A DNA stretch of 64,000 nt from Felis catus (taxonomy: Eukaryota): positions 12,152,001-12,216,000 of the forward strand of contig NC_058368.1 in assembly GCF_018350175.1 (NCBI RefSeq), in the 5' to 3' direction. Below, in pieces: positions 13,341 through 27,237 of the stretch (its first letter is position 1; the number at the start of each line of letters is the position of its first letter). The notes below the pieces were generated by a model. It was not told where the DNA came from and ran no database searches. It worked only from the letters and a program-made list of their open reading frames with translations. Position numbers and translations under genes: made by a program.

Positions 13341-15803
13341 TCCTGGCCATTTAATAGCCTGACTTTGCCTCTATAATCTGATGCTCCTAAGGTTTTCTTT
13401 CTTTGTCAGTCTTTCTAGCCACTCTCCAATGGGACGAGGAATGCCAAATCCTAACTGTGTAGAAGATCAGCAAGCATAATGGGGCAGAACGTGACATTTT
13501 CAGTAAAAATTTAAGGTTCATCAGATTTATGATTCCATTGTAAAGATTACCAAACAATTAAAAACTATAGTCCCTATGCAATATTATGAAGAAGTTTCCA
13601 GAATTGGAGGTGGGGGAAATCTCCTGGCTGGCTTTAGTAGTGTGTTGAAGTAGCTTTGTTATCTAGTTGAGTTTTCATTTCCCAAGTAATAGTGGAGGCA
13701 ATTTATCTGGCAGATACATGCTCAAATTCTATATGCCACGTACTTTGGGAGGCACTTTACCAATTTTCCTCTCACTGAAATATATTTGGTGCATAGATGG
13801 AATAATCAACTGGGTTGAACGTTAAAGTATTTTATAGAATACTGCTGAATTCCTTAGTGTGTTTAATCATAAATAGTTAAAAATATCTCCCAAAGAGCTT
13901 GACTCACTCTTCTTTGAATAGCTGACTGAACACGGTGGTTTTTTTTAAAGGTTACAGTCAAGTCCAAGAAGAATTTTAAGAATAGAAAAAGGACTATAAT
14001 AATTTCAAATAATTTCAAAATGGTAGCAATGTTTAACAGTGTTAATAAAAAAGAGGAAAAGTACAAACTACTCAACCTTCAAATAATGTCCACGTGTACT
14101 TCTTAAGTACAAAGTGAATGAATGTTCAACTGTGTACCTGGCTGTGTAGTTAGTCATGACTTTGGCATATAGAAGTCTTATGAGTTCTATTTAGTGTTCA
14201 GACAATATGGTTGCTCTAAGCCAGAATTTTACTATAATTAACTTGTACAAAATGTGCCTTTCTTTCCATGAATGTCATCTTTTCAAGGCACCAAGGAAAG
14301 TTTAGGTGTAGGAGGAGAATAGAATACAAGCTTAATGGGAGGACAAGAAACAAAGAGTGGATGAGTAACAATACACAGTGGTAGTGAGTCCTCCGGGGTC
14401 CACACCTCCTCAGAAACTACTAAATTACACTTGTCACTCGTACTTACACAGAGAAGCATCGTCTACCTTTTGTATGCTCCGTCTTGGTACAAAGTCAGTC
14501 TGAAGGATCACTCTACTACTTTGCCGCTCCATCTTGGGATAAACTCTTATTTAGCCTTCAAAGACTCCACGCTGATATTTCCGTTACGTGCTAACAACAG
14601 GAAGAGTGGATTGTTTTACTCATTTGTGACTCCTTGAGGTCCCAGACTGTAAGATCATATTTATTTTTCAATTTTTAGTGCTTACCTCACAGAAGAATAC
14701 GATCGATATAATTTTTAATGAAGGAATAAATGCAGATGTAAAATAATCTCTACTGGTTTCAGTCTGTATGTCCTTTTTTTCTCTCTTCTCAATTGAATAC
14801 TTAAAGTCTGTTTTCTCACACAGTGTCTGGGGAGGAGTTTAAAACCGTGAGGAAGAACAGGGAAAAAATTCCTGCCCAGATAGGTGTATGACCTTTGTGC
14901 ATTTCCAGGGCAAATAATACCTGCATTTCATCCAGTGACAAAGAAAGAGGGGAAGGGGAAGAAGGTGGCTGTGTAAGTGCCCCACCTGGAGGCTGTGCCG
15001 TCCCTTCTACTCACATCGCGTTGGCAGAATTCAGTCACGTGGTGTGAGGAGCCTGGGACTTATTATCCCGATGCATAGCCAGGAGCTCAGCGGATAATTC
15101 TAGTTGTGTTGAAACCAGGTGGAACCAGATCTTTCAGGCAACCAGGGATCTCTGCCACACCGCCTATCTCCCAGGCATATTGTGAGAAGGAAAACAGAAT
15201 CATAAATGTCAACATGTTTTGAAAAATGGAAAGAACTCTACAGAGGTGAGGTATGAATTTATTGTCAATCATAATAATAAAAAGAGCAAAACCACGGGCT
15301 ATTTAGGAGTGAGGAATTAGACAAATACTTTAGAAATTGTTGCCCTACTTAACTTCTTCATATGCAACTTATAGCACTCAATGGAACAAAATTTTCACAG
15401 TTATTACAATAGCGTTTGACCAAAGATTATTCAAATCATTTTTGGAATGATCTATTTTACCCAAAACACATTACCAACTACCTTTGTTTGGACCCAGTTT
15501 GGTGTTTGAAAGAAATATACTCAAGTTTACAACTGCTATAATTTGATATGTTGACCAAACTAAAGTTCACTATTTCGTGAACTTTTGTGGTCTCAGTCTG
15601 AGTAGATTTTTTATTGATAACATTATTGTTTAAAGTATAGATGTCAGAACATCATCCATGAACCATTATCTTTGTGGTTTGATGAAATACTCAAAATAAA
15701 CCAAAAGTTGTGACGTACGTTAAGTGAAATACAGTGGTTAAGCAAATACTATTTCCATGCCTGTAGTGCATCTTTATTTCATGGTTAGAAGGTTAGAAAT
15801 ATA

Positions 15804-15933
15804 GGGGCACCCGGGTGGCTTTGGTCAGGTCATGATCTCGCCATTCTCAAGTTTGAGCCCTGCGTCGGGCTCTGGGTTGACAGCTGGGAGCCTCAAGCCT
15901 GTTTTGGATTCTGTGTCTCCTCTCTCTCTGCCC

Positions 15934-15977
<44 letters not shown>

Positions 15978-16010
15978 ACATAAATAAACATTAAAAAAAT
16001 TAGAAAAAAG
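15804..16010 (+). mobile_element. CAN-SINE with expanded (CT)n
   Basis: GGGGCACCCGGGTGGCT head with internal deletion, long CT tract, A-rich tail. Confidence 0.9.
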
Positions 16011-17518
16011 GAAAGAAATACAAGGGGCTGGGGAAATCCCAGGTCACATTTCTTCTCAGGACAAACCACTCACACTCTCCTGGGGTCCTCTAGCTTCTGC
16101 TCGACTATTTGCAGGAAGAGGAACTCAGTTCCTCCCATGTAATCCACTCATTCTCATCTTTTATATTGAGTGGGAAGCCTGTCTCTTCATTCTAGGACTT
16201 TAGTACAGGACTTACTCCTGGTTGGCTCTTGGCCTTTCCAAATCTCAAAGAATAAAATGAACTGCTTTTTGATGAGACAGCCTTTCAAATATCTGAAAAG
16301 GCCACTTTGTTCTTCCTATTTTCTCTTCATGCTGAAGCCTCAAGGAGAATTAGAGGAAGCCGGACATTTAGCCAAGGCCCCCTTCTTGGGAGCCTGCCAT
16401 GTGGCAGGCAGGCAGGCATGTTGTTGAATTCTGAGAAGGCAAATATGACCCTAGAGAGGCCTCTGTATCTTCTCACACTTGAGGATAAGGTCGAGTGGGA
16501 GGTGGAAAAGTTGACCTTCCTGTTTCTCCAGGGGTGGGAAGTGGGGCATGGTCTTCAAGGAGCAGAGCCCTCCAGGGTTGGTTGTCAGACCTGCGTGTGT
16601 CCCACCATCCTTAACAAGGGGCTGGAGATGGGTGTAGATGTAAGGGGCCGGAGGTTTCCAGACTCCGGATCCTGCAGAGAATAGGGACCTCTGGCTGTAT
16701 TTACACGTTCTTTTTGTGAGGGACCAGGGGATGGCTCCAAAGCCACAGGGGAGGTGAGGGGTGGTAGGGAATGTATGTCATCTCCAGGCGCCTGCAAATC
16801 TTTGGGGGGGTGCTCCTCCTCCTTCCTGTCTGACACCCCTGTCTCTCTGGATTCCTCCTCATTTGGTCTTTTCCCTCCAGCCCCTTCCCCTATCAGTGAC
16901 ATTACTTCTCTCCTGGTGCTGGCTTCTCTTTACTCAATGTCAGGCCTTTCTGCTGGGGCTTGGCAGAGGCAGGGGGAGGGAAGGGTGGCAGGGTCTTTCG
17001 TTCTGGGATCAGGTACATCTTCCCTGAAGTGATCTGAAGCCAAACGGAAGTCATAGCACAGATATTTTCAAAGTACACTCTTTGGGCTGCGTGAGAGATT
17101 CAGCTTCCTCTTGTTTACCTAACGTGGGCTGTGTTTACCCTGAACCAATCGCTTGGCCCTTTCCACCCTTCCTGGTCAGGGTTACATGTCACAGCCTCCC
17201 TGGACCCACAAAGGACAAAAACTTCTCTCTGAGTCTGCAGGTCTGTTCCAGATATACAAGAGGCTGTGGCTGGGGGGAGTGATGGCGGTTTAAGGGTTTA
17301 AGGGAAAGGCTCTCACATTTCCACAAAAAGAAGGATAAGGTAAGACCCCTGCCCTCATGTCCCTTAGAGATTAGTAGGGGAGATAGGGTTGTCAAATAAT
17401 TACATTGAAATGTGTAAGTGCCTTCATAGAAGTAAGTACCAGGGACGACGCGGGTGCCAAGAAAGGAGGGATGGGTAAGAGTTTTGGGGGTAGTCGGGGA
17501 AAACTATGCTGGTGAGAT

Positions 17519-17712
17519 CAGGGGCTGGCAAGCACTTCTGCAGAGGGCCAGGTCTTAGGCTTTGTGGGTCACGCAGTGTCTGTCGCAAGCACTCGCTTGT
17601 GTCCGTGCAGTTAGAGGGTGGCCATAAGCAACGTGTAAATGGATGGGCACGGTTCGTTTACAAAAATAGCTGTGGGCTCCTATTGCTGGGGCTGGTGTGC
17701 AGGCACCCCGCA
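17519..17712. mobile_element. MER58-like hAT-Charlie MITE
   Basis: CAGGGGCTGGCAAGC...TTAGGCTTTGTGGGTC...TTTACAAAAA...CACCCC pattern. Confidence 0.55.
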
Positions 17713-18694
17713 TAAGAAGGGCTTGTGATGGTCCGGGAGAGCGGCATGCGGTTGGGGTAGGTGGCAATTCGCCCCACAGGATCGGTCGTTGGAAGGGCTG
17801 AAGCATCGGGGGAAAGGAGGGAAAGAAGCTGGAAAAGCAAACCTAGAATTTTTCAAGTCCTCTCTTAGAATTTGAGGTACAGAACCAATTGTAGCTGCCC
17901 CAGATGTTTAGGGCGCATTTCTTTTCCTGGACGCTGACTGAGGATAATGCCGTCCAAGACTGCATTAACCGTTTTGTCTGTCACCTCCCCGTGGACTGGC
18001 TTAGTTTGTAGTCAGTTAAAGCCTCTCGGGCTTTTTAGTGTTTCCCTGTGTAAGTTGCCATTAAGCCAGACCTCTCCTGAAATCTTTTGTTGCTTATTTT
18101 TAACTTTTAATCTTAGTAAATCTCATCTTCACTGGGCAACAGAGGCAGTTACCACCGATGGATAATTCAGTTAAAGGAATAGCAGGACGTGCATACAGTG
18201 GAATAGTATTTGGGTATTAAAAAGTTGATATATGGTGATTAAAAAGTTGCACATGGTATGTTGTTAAGAGAAAAATGCCAGTTGTATTATGCTTCTTACA
18301 TAGCTCTGCTGATAACGACATGTGACTAAGTAGTGAGCACTTTACAGTTCTTGGGCCGTGCGGGGCTCTCTCTAGTCCCTTCCTGACATAACCCAAACTA
18401 GATTTGGCATTCCTGCTTGGTGCTTCCATAAAATCCTGTATTGCTTCTCTAACCACACTTGACCCATTTTACTGAAGTGATTTGTTCGCTTGTCTTCCCT
18501 CGACAGACCTCAGCTTTGAGATGCCAGGAACCATGTTTATATTCCTGTTTTATACCCAGAGCCTCACAAGGGAGGCATGCAAGGGAGCATGCAGATGTTT
18601 GTTGCAGGAATGAGAGAATACACCCCCTGCAAGAACGGGGAAAGGAAAAAAGTTAACAGTGGGTTATTTCTGGATGGTGGGATTACAGAAGACT

Positions 18695-18885
18695 TTAAAA
18701 AATTTTTATTTTTGAGAGAGATAGAGCGTGAGCGGGGAAGGGCAGAGAGAGAGGGAGACACAGAATCTGAGGCAGGCTCCAGCTGTCAGCACAGAGCCCC
18801 ACGTGGGGTTCGAACCCACGAACTGAGAGATCATGACCTGAGCCCAAGTCGGATGCTTAACCACCTGAGCCACCCAGGCACCCCC
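18695..18885 (-). mobile_element. CAN-SINE
   Basis: SINEC motifs. Confidence 0.92.
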
Positions 18886-19049
18886 AGATGATTTTTTCTT
18901 TTTTTTTTTTTTTGCTTTCTGGTTATCTGGATTTTCTAATTTTTCTGTAAGTAAAATGTATTACTTTTGTGATAGAGAAATAGTAAGTAGTATTTCTGGA
19001 AAAAGATGGCAGATTGAATTTACCCACTACAATTTTTTTCTCTTCCTTG

Positions 19050-20600
19050 AAACCCCATGAAACTGTAGTAAAGAAACTGCTCAAGAATGAAGGTGGGGGA
19101 GGAGTGAGGGCAGGAGAGAAGGAGGGAAGGGGGTGGAGACAAAGACCCACACAGTGGAGACAGCAGAGTGGCAGCAAAGCTTTGGGAGCCGAAAAGCAGA
19201 TGTGCGAGTGTTGTTGGCTGAGCAGGCCTAAGAAGGTAGACCGTTGGCAGGAGGAGAGGCCAAGAACAAATCCCAGGATTGCAGAGTCTCCAGGAGGCTC
19301 CGAGAGTAGCAAGACCAAATATTCTGGATCTGGAGGAGAAGGGAGTTAAGTGCTCACATGAGGAGAACCGGCTGAAGGTTATTTAAGAAAGAACCAGATT
19401 CCTAGATCACCCCCTTCTCCTCACTGCTGGGCATCTGCCCCTTCTCCACTCAGGAGAAAACTAGAGGTTAACTTTCTAGAGAGGAAAAAATGGGAAGTGT
19501 CTGGGCTTAGGGACACCAGGCACATTTGAGGGCATGAGTCCTATACTGAAAATAAGGAGTAAGTGAACATATGCAGCTGACAGCTGAGACACCCCCAGCC
19601 TCCCCCCCCCCCACCCCGCCCTCCATCTTCCCTACCAGGGTTTCAGAAGGCTGACAGTGTGGCCTACTCTCCAGGTAGAGATTGGAAGAATCTTCTCCAG
19701 GGAATCTGATGAGTTCATGTGGAAAGACCTCAGATACTGATCCTAATGTTTTCCACAACAATTAAATGAGACAGATCCCTCTGCAGTGAAACTCAAAGTC
19801 AGCCAACCCCACCTACACTGTAGGTCAGACCTTCCAGTCAGGTTTTTTGTTTGTCCTTCTTAAATATGAATAGGCAGTCAAAGATCAACAGACATCTGAG
19901 GAAAGCCTCTAACATGAAAGATTGAGACCCACACAAATAAAGAAACAACAACAGAACGATCAACTAATTTTGAAGGAAACTTGGAGAAACCAAGAATATA
20001 CAGGGAGAAAATGCTCAAACCCCCCTTCCAAACCCTCAGTCAAAACATACAAACTTCCAATTATCAAATAAGTCATGGAATGTAATATACAGCACGGTGA
20101 CTATAGCTCATAACATTGTATTGTATATTTGAAAATTGCTAAGAGAACAGATCTTAAAAGTTCTTAACAGAAGAAAACTGCAACTCTGTGTGGTGACGGA
20201 TGTTAATGAGACTTATTGTGGTGATCACTTATAGTATATACACATATTAAGTCACAGTGTTGTGTACCTGAAACTAACATAATGTTATATGTCGGTTATA
20301 GCTCAATAAAGAAAAACAAATGTTAAAACCCCCAATGGGAGTCTGAGATAAGAGAACATACTGAATACAGGATATAAGAAAAGGATAACAAAATGGGGGG
20401 GGGGGGAATACTTGAAAATGAAATACATGATAACAGAAATGAAAAATTTAATAGAAAAGTTGGAACATAAAGGTGAGGCATGAAACCTAATAATGTAGCA
20501 AGAAGACAGAGAGATGAATGGAAAAAAAGTCAAAGAGGTGGGAGATAAAGGTGTGACATTCAAATAATGAGAGTTCCAGAAGGAGAAAGCAGGGGTGCAG
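19050..20600 (+). mobile_element. Ancient L1/HAL1-like 5'/ORF1 fragments
   Basis: Purine- and A-rich degenerate L1-like sequence; recognition only. Confidence 0.35.
20045..20320 (+). mobile_element. L1 3' end (L1MA9/L1_Carn-like)
   Basis: GGTGACTATAG...AAAATTGCTAAGAGA..GATCTTAAAAGTTCT...GTACCTGAAACTAACATAATGTTATATGTC...CTCAATAAAGAAAAA. Confidence 0.8.
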
Positions 20601-20606
20601 TAGGGT

Positions 20607-21048
20607 GTTAGGCTGTGGCCCTCAATGAACCATGCTGGCCAGTAGCCATGATCTGTGCCTCCCCCTTCCCGGACTGTGGGCTTGACAGCAGGTGTGTTTT
20701 GTTCCATGGAACATAGTGAATGTGAAGCAACCAAAAAGTTTAATTAAAGTGCATTCACATTGGAAGTCTTTCTGGATTGCTCCGTCATGAGAACCGGTGT
20801 CAGCACGTGGGCTGGTTTACTGAAAGGTGAAGACAGACTTTGGAAGATCAAAGATCACCCTGGATGTTCTCGCCACCGGTGAGATCCCAGCTGAGTGCAG
20901 CTATATGCGTGACCTCTGCTACATCACATGGAGCAGAGGAACTGTCCAGGTAAGCCCGTTAACCCGCAGAGACCAGAGAAATCATAAATCCTTGTTATTT
21001 CAATCCCCTGACCGGGGTGGTTTGTTTTATAGCAATAGATAACTGATA
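20607..21048 (+). mobile_element. MaLR solo LTR (MLT1-like)
   Basis: Ends with the typical GGGGTGGTTTGTTTTATAGCAATAGATAACTGATA; ATAAATC signal. Confidence 0.65.
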
Positions 21049-21139
21049 GAAAGAGAAGGCAGATGATGAAGTAATTCCAAGATATTTCCTAGAACTGGAA
21101 GGTGTGCATTCCCATACTGAACGTGAGGTACTTGGGGAG

Positions 21140-23240
21140 TCATTATAGAACAAAGCTGCTGTGGTACAGCAGGGCCAATGGGTCCATGAGCAAGGGATCA
21201 TGGCTTTTTATTTTTCCATGTTCTATTAAACATCTTCACAGCTCCCTGTGAAGCGTGGCAGTCTGCCCAGCCATGCCAATGCCATGTTATGGCAGTTGTG
21301 GCCTCCTGGCTTCTGGCTTTAAGCACCACCCACTGCCTGCTCTCTGTTACTTCACGGTGTCATGGCCTCCATGGATGATAACAAGCCCAGCTCTGTGATG
21401 GCCTCTCCAACCATCAGCCTTGACCTGCAGAGAACTGCCGCCACACCAGCGATGCTTGTGCACCCTCATGGCATATTCCCAATGGACTTGGTGCATGGTA
21501 TCTCTCCCTCTGGTGCTCAAATGAAACGCCAAACGTTAGTGGGTTGTTTGGCCTTACATAATATCCTCATTCCAGTACGCCTACGTCTCTCGGCTTCTTG
21601 TATTCCTTCCTTTCTCAGCTGTCAGGGAAACTCAAGCATTTCTGCCCACTCAGTGTTGGCCATCACTTTTTCTAGGCTTCTCAGAGCCATTCGAGCAGCA
21701 AGTTTGCCCTGTGTCCCGAGGTCCTGGCCAGAGCATTAACACACATTTCTGGAGAGAGTGCTCCGTAGTCAACAAATTCTGTGTTGTCTTGTCTTACATT
21801 CCAGTTCTGGAATCCAGGGCCCTCCAAATTCAATCCCGGTAGTACTCCTTGGGTTCTTGCCACTACATTCTAAATCTTTTTTTGTTTTTTTTTTTTAAGT
21901 TTGTTTATTTGACAGAGAAAGCACAAGTGGAGGAGTGGGCAGAGAGGGGGGCGGAGAGAGAGAACCCCAAGCAGGCTCTGCTCTGTCAGCACGGAGCCCT
22001 GACGCGGGGCTTGAACTCCTGAACCGTGAGATCATGACCTGAGCCGAAGTCGGACGCTTAACCGACTGAGCCAGCTAGGTGCCCCACTACATTCTAAATC
22101 TTGAAGCTACTTTGGCATATGATGTCTTGCCTCCTCTGTAGGCCCAGCTGCCTCCAGGTTTTAAACCTGCGATTTAACCCTACTTAGTGGCCTGTCAACT
22201 TCTGAGGGAGGCACCTGCTGTCTTTTAAGGGTGAGGCCTCTTCAGCATAAGGAAGTGCTATCTCTAATTAGGCAAGGGCCAGCCACCTCTGTAATCCCCA
22301 AGGGTTCTAAGGGTTCTGAAGATCCCAGCAACTATGGCCCATGTTCCAGAGTCCTAGGTTTTCCCAACCAGGGCTCTGACCTTGGCATGACAGACCCACC
22401 TTAACTGAGCATTTAAACATCTCTGCAGCTCTGTATCTCTACCAGGTCCTAGGACTGAGGCTAAGCTGTGTGTATACTTCCACTTCAGGAGATAAGCTAC
22501 TAGTGAAACCCTCTGGCTCTCATATTGAGTCTTTGCTTCTTAAAGGCCCTTGGTTTCTCATGATCTCTCTGCGGAGACTCAGTACAGTATGATAGGAACC
22601 AGTCAGTTCGCCCCTCCTTGTGGGCATTGGAATGCCTGGATCATTGCACCTACGATGCATTCCCCTTCACCATGACATTTCCCCAGGTTCCACTGGTGAA
22701 ATATTTGGCAATTGGAACACCGTCTTGTGCCAGGAAACTATCTGCCCCCTTAATATTACCCAGAATGGCACTTTCTTTCCCTTCTAGGAAGTGAAACCTG
22801 ACTTGTGTTTGTTTAGGTCTTCTGAGATGCAAATGTCAGAACAGGATTAGATATGTAAAACATTTATTGAAGGAAACAACTGTGAAGGATAAAGAGGAAG
22901 GAGCACAGAAGGCAGAGCCTTTAGACCATGACTTGTCTGACATCTGTGAAAGAGAGTGGGCAAGAAGTAGGTTTAGGTGGGAAGAGTCTCAGATGGCAAT
23001 ACAGATCTAAGAAAGATACAGCCAGGCCAGTCCACATTGCCTATTAGAGGGGTCCCCATCCTGCAGGAATGGGTCTACATTAGTACCCCTGCTATGTTCA
23101 GTCATAAGGGAGTAGCCTGTGAGAAGCATGACTTCAGGGCCAATGAAGCAGTGGGTCCAAAGGGGTAGCAACTGGTGCTATGGGTCAGTTATGCTTCTCA
23201 GAACAGGAAAGTGAGCAGTGCATTTTCATGGCTACTACAA
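21140..23240 (-). mobile_element. ERVL remnant: LTR16/LTR33-like LTR (~22805-23238) plus adjacent degenerate internal sequence
   Basis: LTR-like segment beginning TGTAGTAGCCATG on the minus strand, with AATAAA (TTTATT near 22863). Followed by ERVL-internal-like sequence; recognition only. Confidence 0.5.
21877..22085 (-). mobile_element. CAN-SINE inserted in the ERVL remnant
   Basis: TSD ACTACATTCTAAATCTT at 21862-21878 and 22086-22102. Confidence 0.93.
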
Positions 23241-24030
23241 ACACTCCAAACACCAGTGAGGAATGCCACTCCCAAGAGGGGAATTTCCAACCAGATTTTG
23301 TTATTTATTTAAACTATCAATCATTTATGAAGGTAAAAGAATGAGATTTCAAACTACTCAAAGTCTCAAAAACTAAATCTTCCATGCACCCTCCATCAGG
23401 AGCATGATGGAGACAAGAAGGAAGAAGGAAGAAGACAGAACAGTAAATCTAATCCAGGAACGTGACGGTGAATTGTAGACCCAGGAAGTCAGCTGTGCAG
23501 CAGAACTAAGAGCAACCAGTCCAGAAGGGGAGAAGATTCTAGAAGTGTGTCTCCAAGAAAAATATTGGAGGCTGATGTGAACTTGTAGAAATTTATGCTG
23601 ACGGGCTGTTGGAAAGTGTGGGAAGAATTAGACACAAGCACAAAGAAAACCAAGGAAATGAAAAAGCAATGCAATTAGTAACTTTAAGGAAAACAAAAAT
23701 AAGAAAGAAAACAGTCTTAATTACCATGTTATAAAGCCCAGCTGTGAGTAATAGTCACATTAGCAGAGTAATGTCAGTTATGGAACATTAGTTTTTTAAA
23801 CCAAACTCTGCTGTATAGCTAAGTCCTCACCTACCGTAACAGGAAGTCAGTGGATACTGCCTGAAGTGTGGAAGTATGGAAGTGTGTAAATTTCAAAAGG
23901 TATAAGAGTCAAAGGTATTAACTTCTGCCAAGGGGACCTGGGGAGATTGTAGGGGGGTGGAGAGTAGGCAGAACTGCAATTATTGTTACAAGTTGCATAA
24001 AAATTTTAAAAAAAAATGTATCATCACTTA

Positions 24031-24237
24031 AAAAAATTTTTTTAAATGTTTGTTTTTGAGAGGCAGTCAGATTGTGAGCAGGAGAGGGACAGAGAGAGGG
24101 AGACACAGAATCTGAAATAGGCTCCAAGCTCTGAGCTGTCAGCACAGAGCCTGACACAAGGCTCGAGCCCACAAACCGTGAAATCATGACCTGAGCCGAA
24201 GTCGGTCGCTTAACCAACTGAGCCACTCAGGCGCCCC
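24031..24237 (-). mobile_element. CAN-SINE
   Basis: SINEC motifs; TATCATCACTT on both flanks. Confidence 0.92.
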
Positions 24238-24272
24238 AAAATTTTTATCATCACTTTAAAACTTAATTTTGT

Positions 24273-24495
24273 GGGGTGCCTGGGTGGCTCACTTAGTTTA
24301 GGGTCCAACTCTTGAGTTTGGCTGAGGTCATGATCTCATGGTTGTGAGATTGAGCCCCACATTGAGCCCCAGGTCAAGACTTGCACTGGGCTCTGTGCTC
24401 AGACTCTTAAGTAGAGCCTGTTTAAGATTCTCTCTCTCTCTCTCTCCTCCCACCTGTCTTCCCCACTCTCTCTAAAAAATACATTGTTAAAAACC
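24273..24495 (+). mobile_element. CAN-SINE (older)
   Basis: GGGGTGCCTGGGTGGCTC head, CT tract, A tail. Confidence 0.88.
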
Positions 24496-24869
24496 TTAAT
24501 TTTGTTAGTTATAGTGCTTATTTGTAACATTTTGGTCTGTAGAACACTTTTTGAATTGAGCTTTGCAGAATTTCCAAATTTCCAGATTAATGCTTTGTGA
24601 ATTTTCATCCTTTTGATGATAAAAATGTTGAAAAGAAATAGGACTGTGAGTAAACTCTGTTTACTTGTTGTTAGTGACCTTGCCTCAGTGGGACAGCTCC
24701 TATTAATTAGTGTTGCAAACACCTGTCAGTGTTAGACAGTAAGCAACCAGTAAATTTTTGCTTCATCAATGAATACTCTTAAAATATAGCTTTCAAGCAT
24801 CAATTATTCAAGAAGCAACAATACTATCATATAAATTCATTTCTGACTAGTTTTTAAGTACTTTTCTCT

Positions 24870-26065
24870 CAAATATGAATGCACAGCCAAGCATCAAAAA
24901 GTATTTGAAGAAAGTGCTCAACATGAAACAGAATAAAATAAATAAACAGAAAAGCAAACCAAGAGAAGCAAATTGTGCAAGAAATTAAATACACACAAAC
25001 TGAAAAAAGAACAGAGAATATTAAAAAAAAATTCTTGGACCTCCACAACATGATTGTTTAGTAAAAAGTTTGGAGAGTAAAGTAAAAGAAATGCCCCCAA
25101 AGTAGTGCAAAACGACAACGAAATGGAAATGTTAGAGACAAGGGGAAAAGATTGAAAAGATCAAGTACAAAAGTCCAACATCAGACTAACAGGAGTTTCA
25201 AAAAAGAGAATATGGAATAGAGGGCAGGAAATTACTAGAGAAATAACATAAGAAAATGCCCCAAAACTGAATGTGAGCCTTCTGCTTTAAACTGAGATCC
25301 TAGAACAATGAATGCACAGTTGTAGAGGGATTTCGAAAGCTTATCTTCAATGTAATCTGTTCTAAGACTCTAATGGAAGGTATGCACCAGCAAAATTACA
25401 GAGCAAATAAGAAGAAGAAACTGGATCCAGAAGAGTATGGCTCCAATCCATGAGAAACAGAGAAAAATCCTAGGACAAGCACAGCTCTAGGCAGCATCTA
25501 GTCCAGATAAAACCAGGAAGATGGAAAGGTCTAGCAGAGCAGGTGGAAATGCACTCAGTGGAACAGGTGGTATGGCAGTGAATAGGATGGAGAATCATGA
25601 AAGCATTTAAGTGCATGGAATATTTTGCAGGTTTAATAATGAGGTGATTGTTTTTTCAGGGGAAAATAAAAAACTGTCCAAAAAAGGCGGTGGGGGGCAG
25701 GGGGATATTGTTAGTGTCCTATTTGGCTTTGCAATGACCAATATTTATATAAAAACCTTGAACTGATTAATGATTTGAATAACAACAGACATTTGGGAGA
25801 ATAAAGGAAGAAAGTTGGGGAATATAAAAGTGCCATCTCTTCCTTACCATGATGCTGTATTAAATTTTGGAATAAGCAGGTCATTTAGGACCATGATGGT
25901 AATTGCTGGAGGAAACCAGCTAAAAGTTAAATGTGGCTGCCTGCAGGGAGCAGGAGAGGGAGTTTGAGGGGGTGTGGAAAACACTGTTTTTCATGGTTGG
26001 CCTTTGGTACTATTTGATTTCAAGCTACATGAATGGATTTATGTAATTAGAATAATTTTTAAAAA
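24870..26065 (+). mobile_element. Ancient L1/HAL1-like fragments
   Basis: A-rich ORF1-like sequence (GTCCAACATCAGACTAACAGGAGTTTCA...AAATAACATAAGAAAAT). Confidence 0.4.
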
Positions 26066-27014
26066 CCTGTACCACTGAATAATGCTTTATAGAACTTGAA
26101 GTGCTTTTGTGTATATTGGGGGGGGCAGGTAAATTAGTTGAGAGGCTCAGAGTCTAGCTGACTTTCCCGTGGCTGCCAACTGGGATCAGAACCCAGCTTT
26201 CCTGAACCGGTTCCCAGCACGCATTCCATTAATGCAGGCTGCCTGAGCACAGTTTCATTTGGGGGTGTGCTAGTGAATGTCTAGACTGAGAGAAAGTTCC
26301 CTTCTTGTCCACATATTAGCACTCTGAAATGGAGGAGAATGTGAGCCCTAACTTGTCACCAGTGTTTTTTTTTACCTCCATTAAATATCTAGAGACTCAC
26401 CATTACTAATATTTAACAAAACTCTAAACCATATACATCAGTTCCACTAATTGTTGCTACGTCATTCCCCAGGACTTACTGGATTCCACATGGTGGGTTG
26501 GGATTAGGGAAGTTTTCTCTGCAGTCATGTCACTTCGACCGGGCTGGGCTCTCTCGCATGATGGGCAGTTAGTGCACAGTTTGTGAGCCTCAAGTCAGTC
26601 ACATTTCTTATGTGGAAGCTAGCTTCAGCTTAGCAAGCACCCCAAGAGAACCAACTAGAAGGAAGTGGTGTCATGTAGCTTCACTTCTGTCAGATCAGTC
26701 ACAACCCCCGGAGTCAGGGGGAGGGGGAACACAGACCTCTCAGGGGGAGGAGTGGCAAGGTTACGGTGTACTGGATCGTGGGGGGATGTTCTGTCTTTGA
26801 AAAATATGAGTTGCCACACATCACAGGCTTTCCAGCTCGCAGTGATCTGTCTGAAACGTCTTTTTCCATCTCCCCAGGACCTACACATCTTTCAATATAT
26901 GGTTTGGAAATTACCTCCTACGTGAAGACCTCTCCACAGGAAGGAGTCTTCCTTTTCTCTGAAGCTCCATTGTATTTTTTTTTTTTCAATCCTTCTTATG
27001 GCCCTTTCATTTTC

Positions 27015-27237
27015 TTTTTTTTTGAAGACCTTATTTATTTGAGAGAGAGAGAGAGCGAGAGAGAGCAAGCGCAAGTGGGGGCAGTACAGAGGGAGAGGGA
27101 GAAAGAGAATCTTAAGCAGACTCCATACCCAGTGTGGAGCCCCACCTGGGGCTCGATCCCACGACTGTGAGATCATGACCTGAGCCGAAATCAAGAGTCG
27201 GATGTTTAACCTAACTGACTGAGCCACCCAGGCACCC
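27015..27237 (-). mobile_element. CAN-SINE
   Basis: SINEC motifs; near-TSD GGCCCTTTMATTTTC. Confidence 0.92.
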
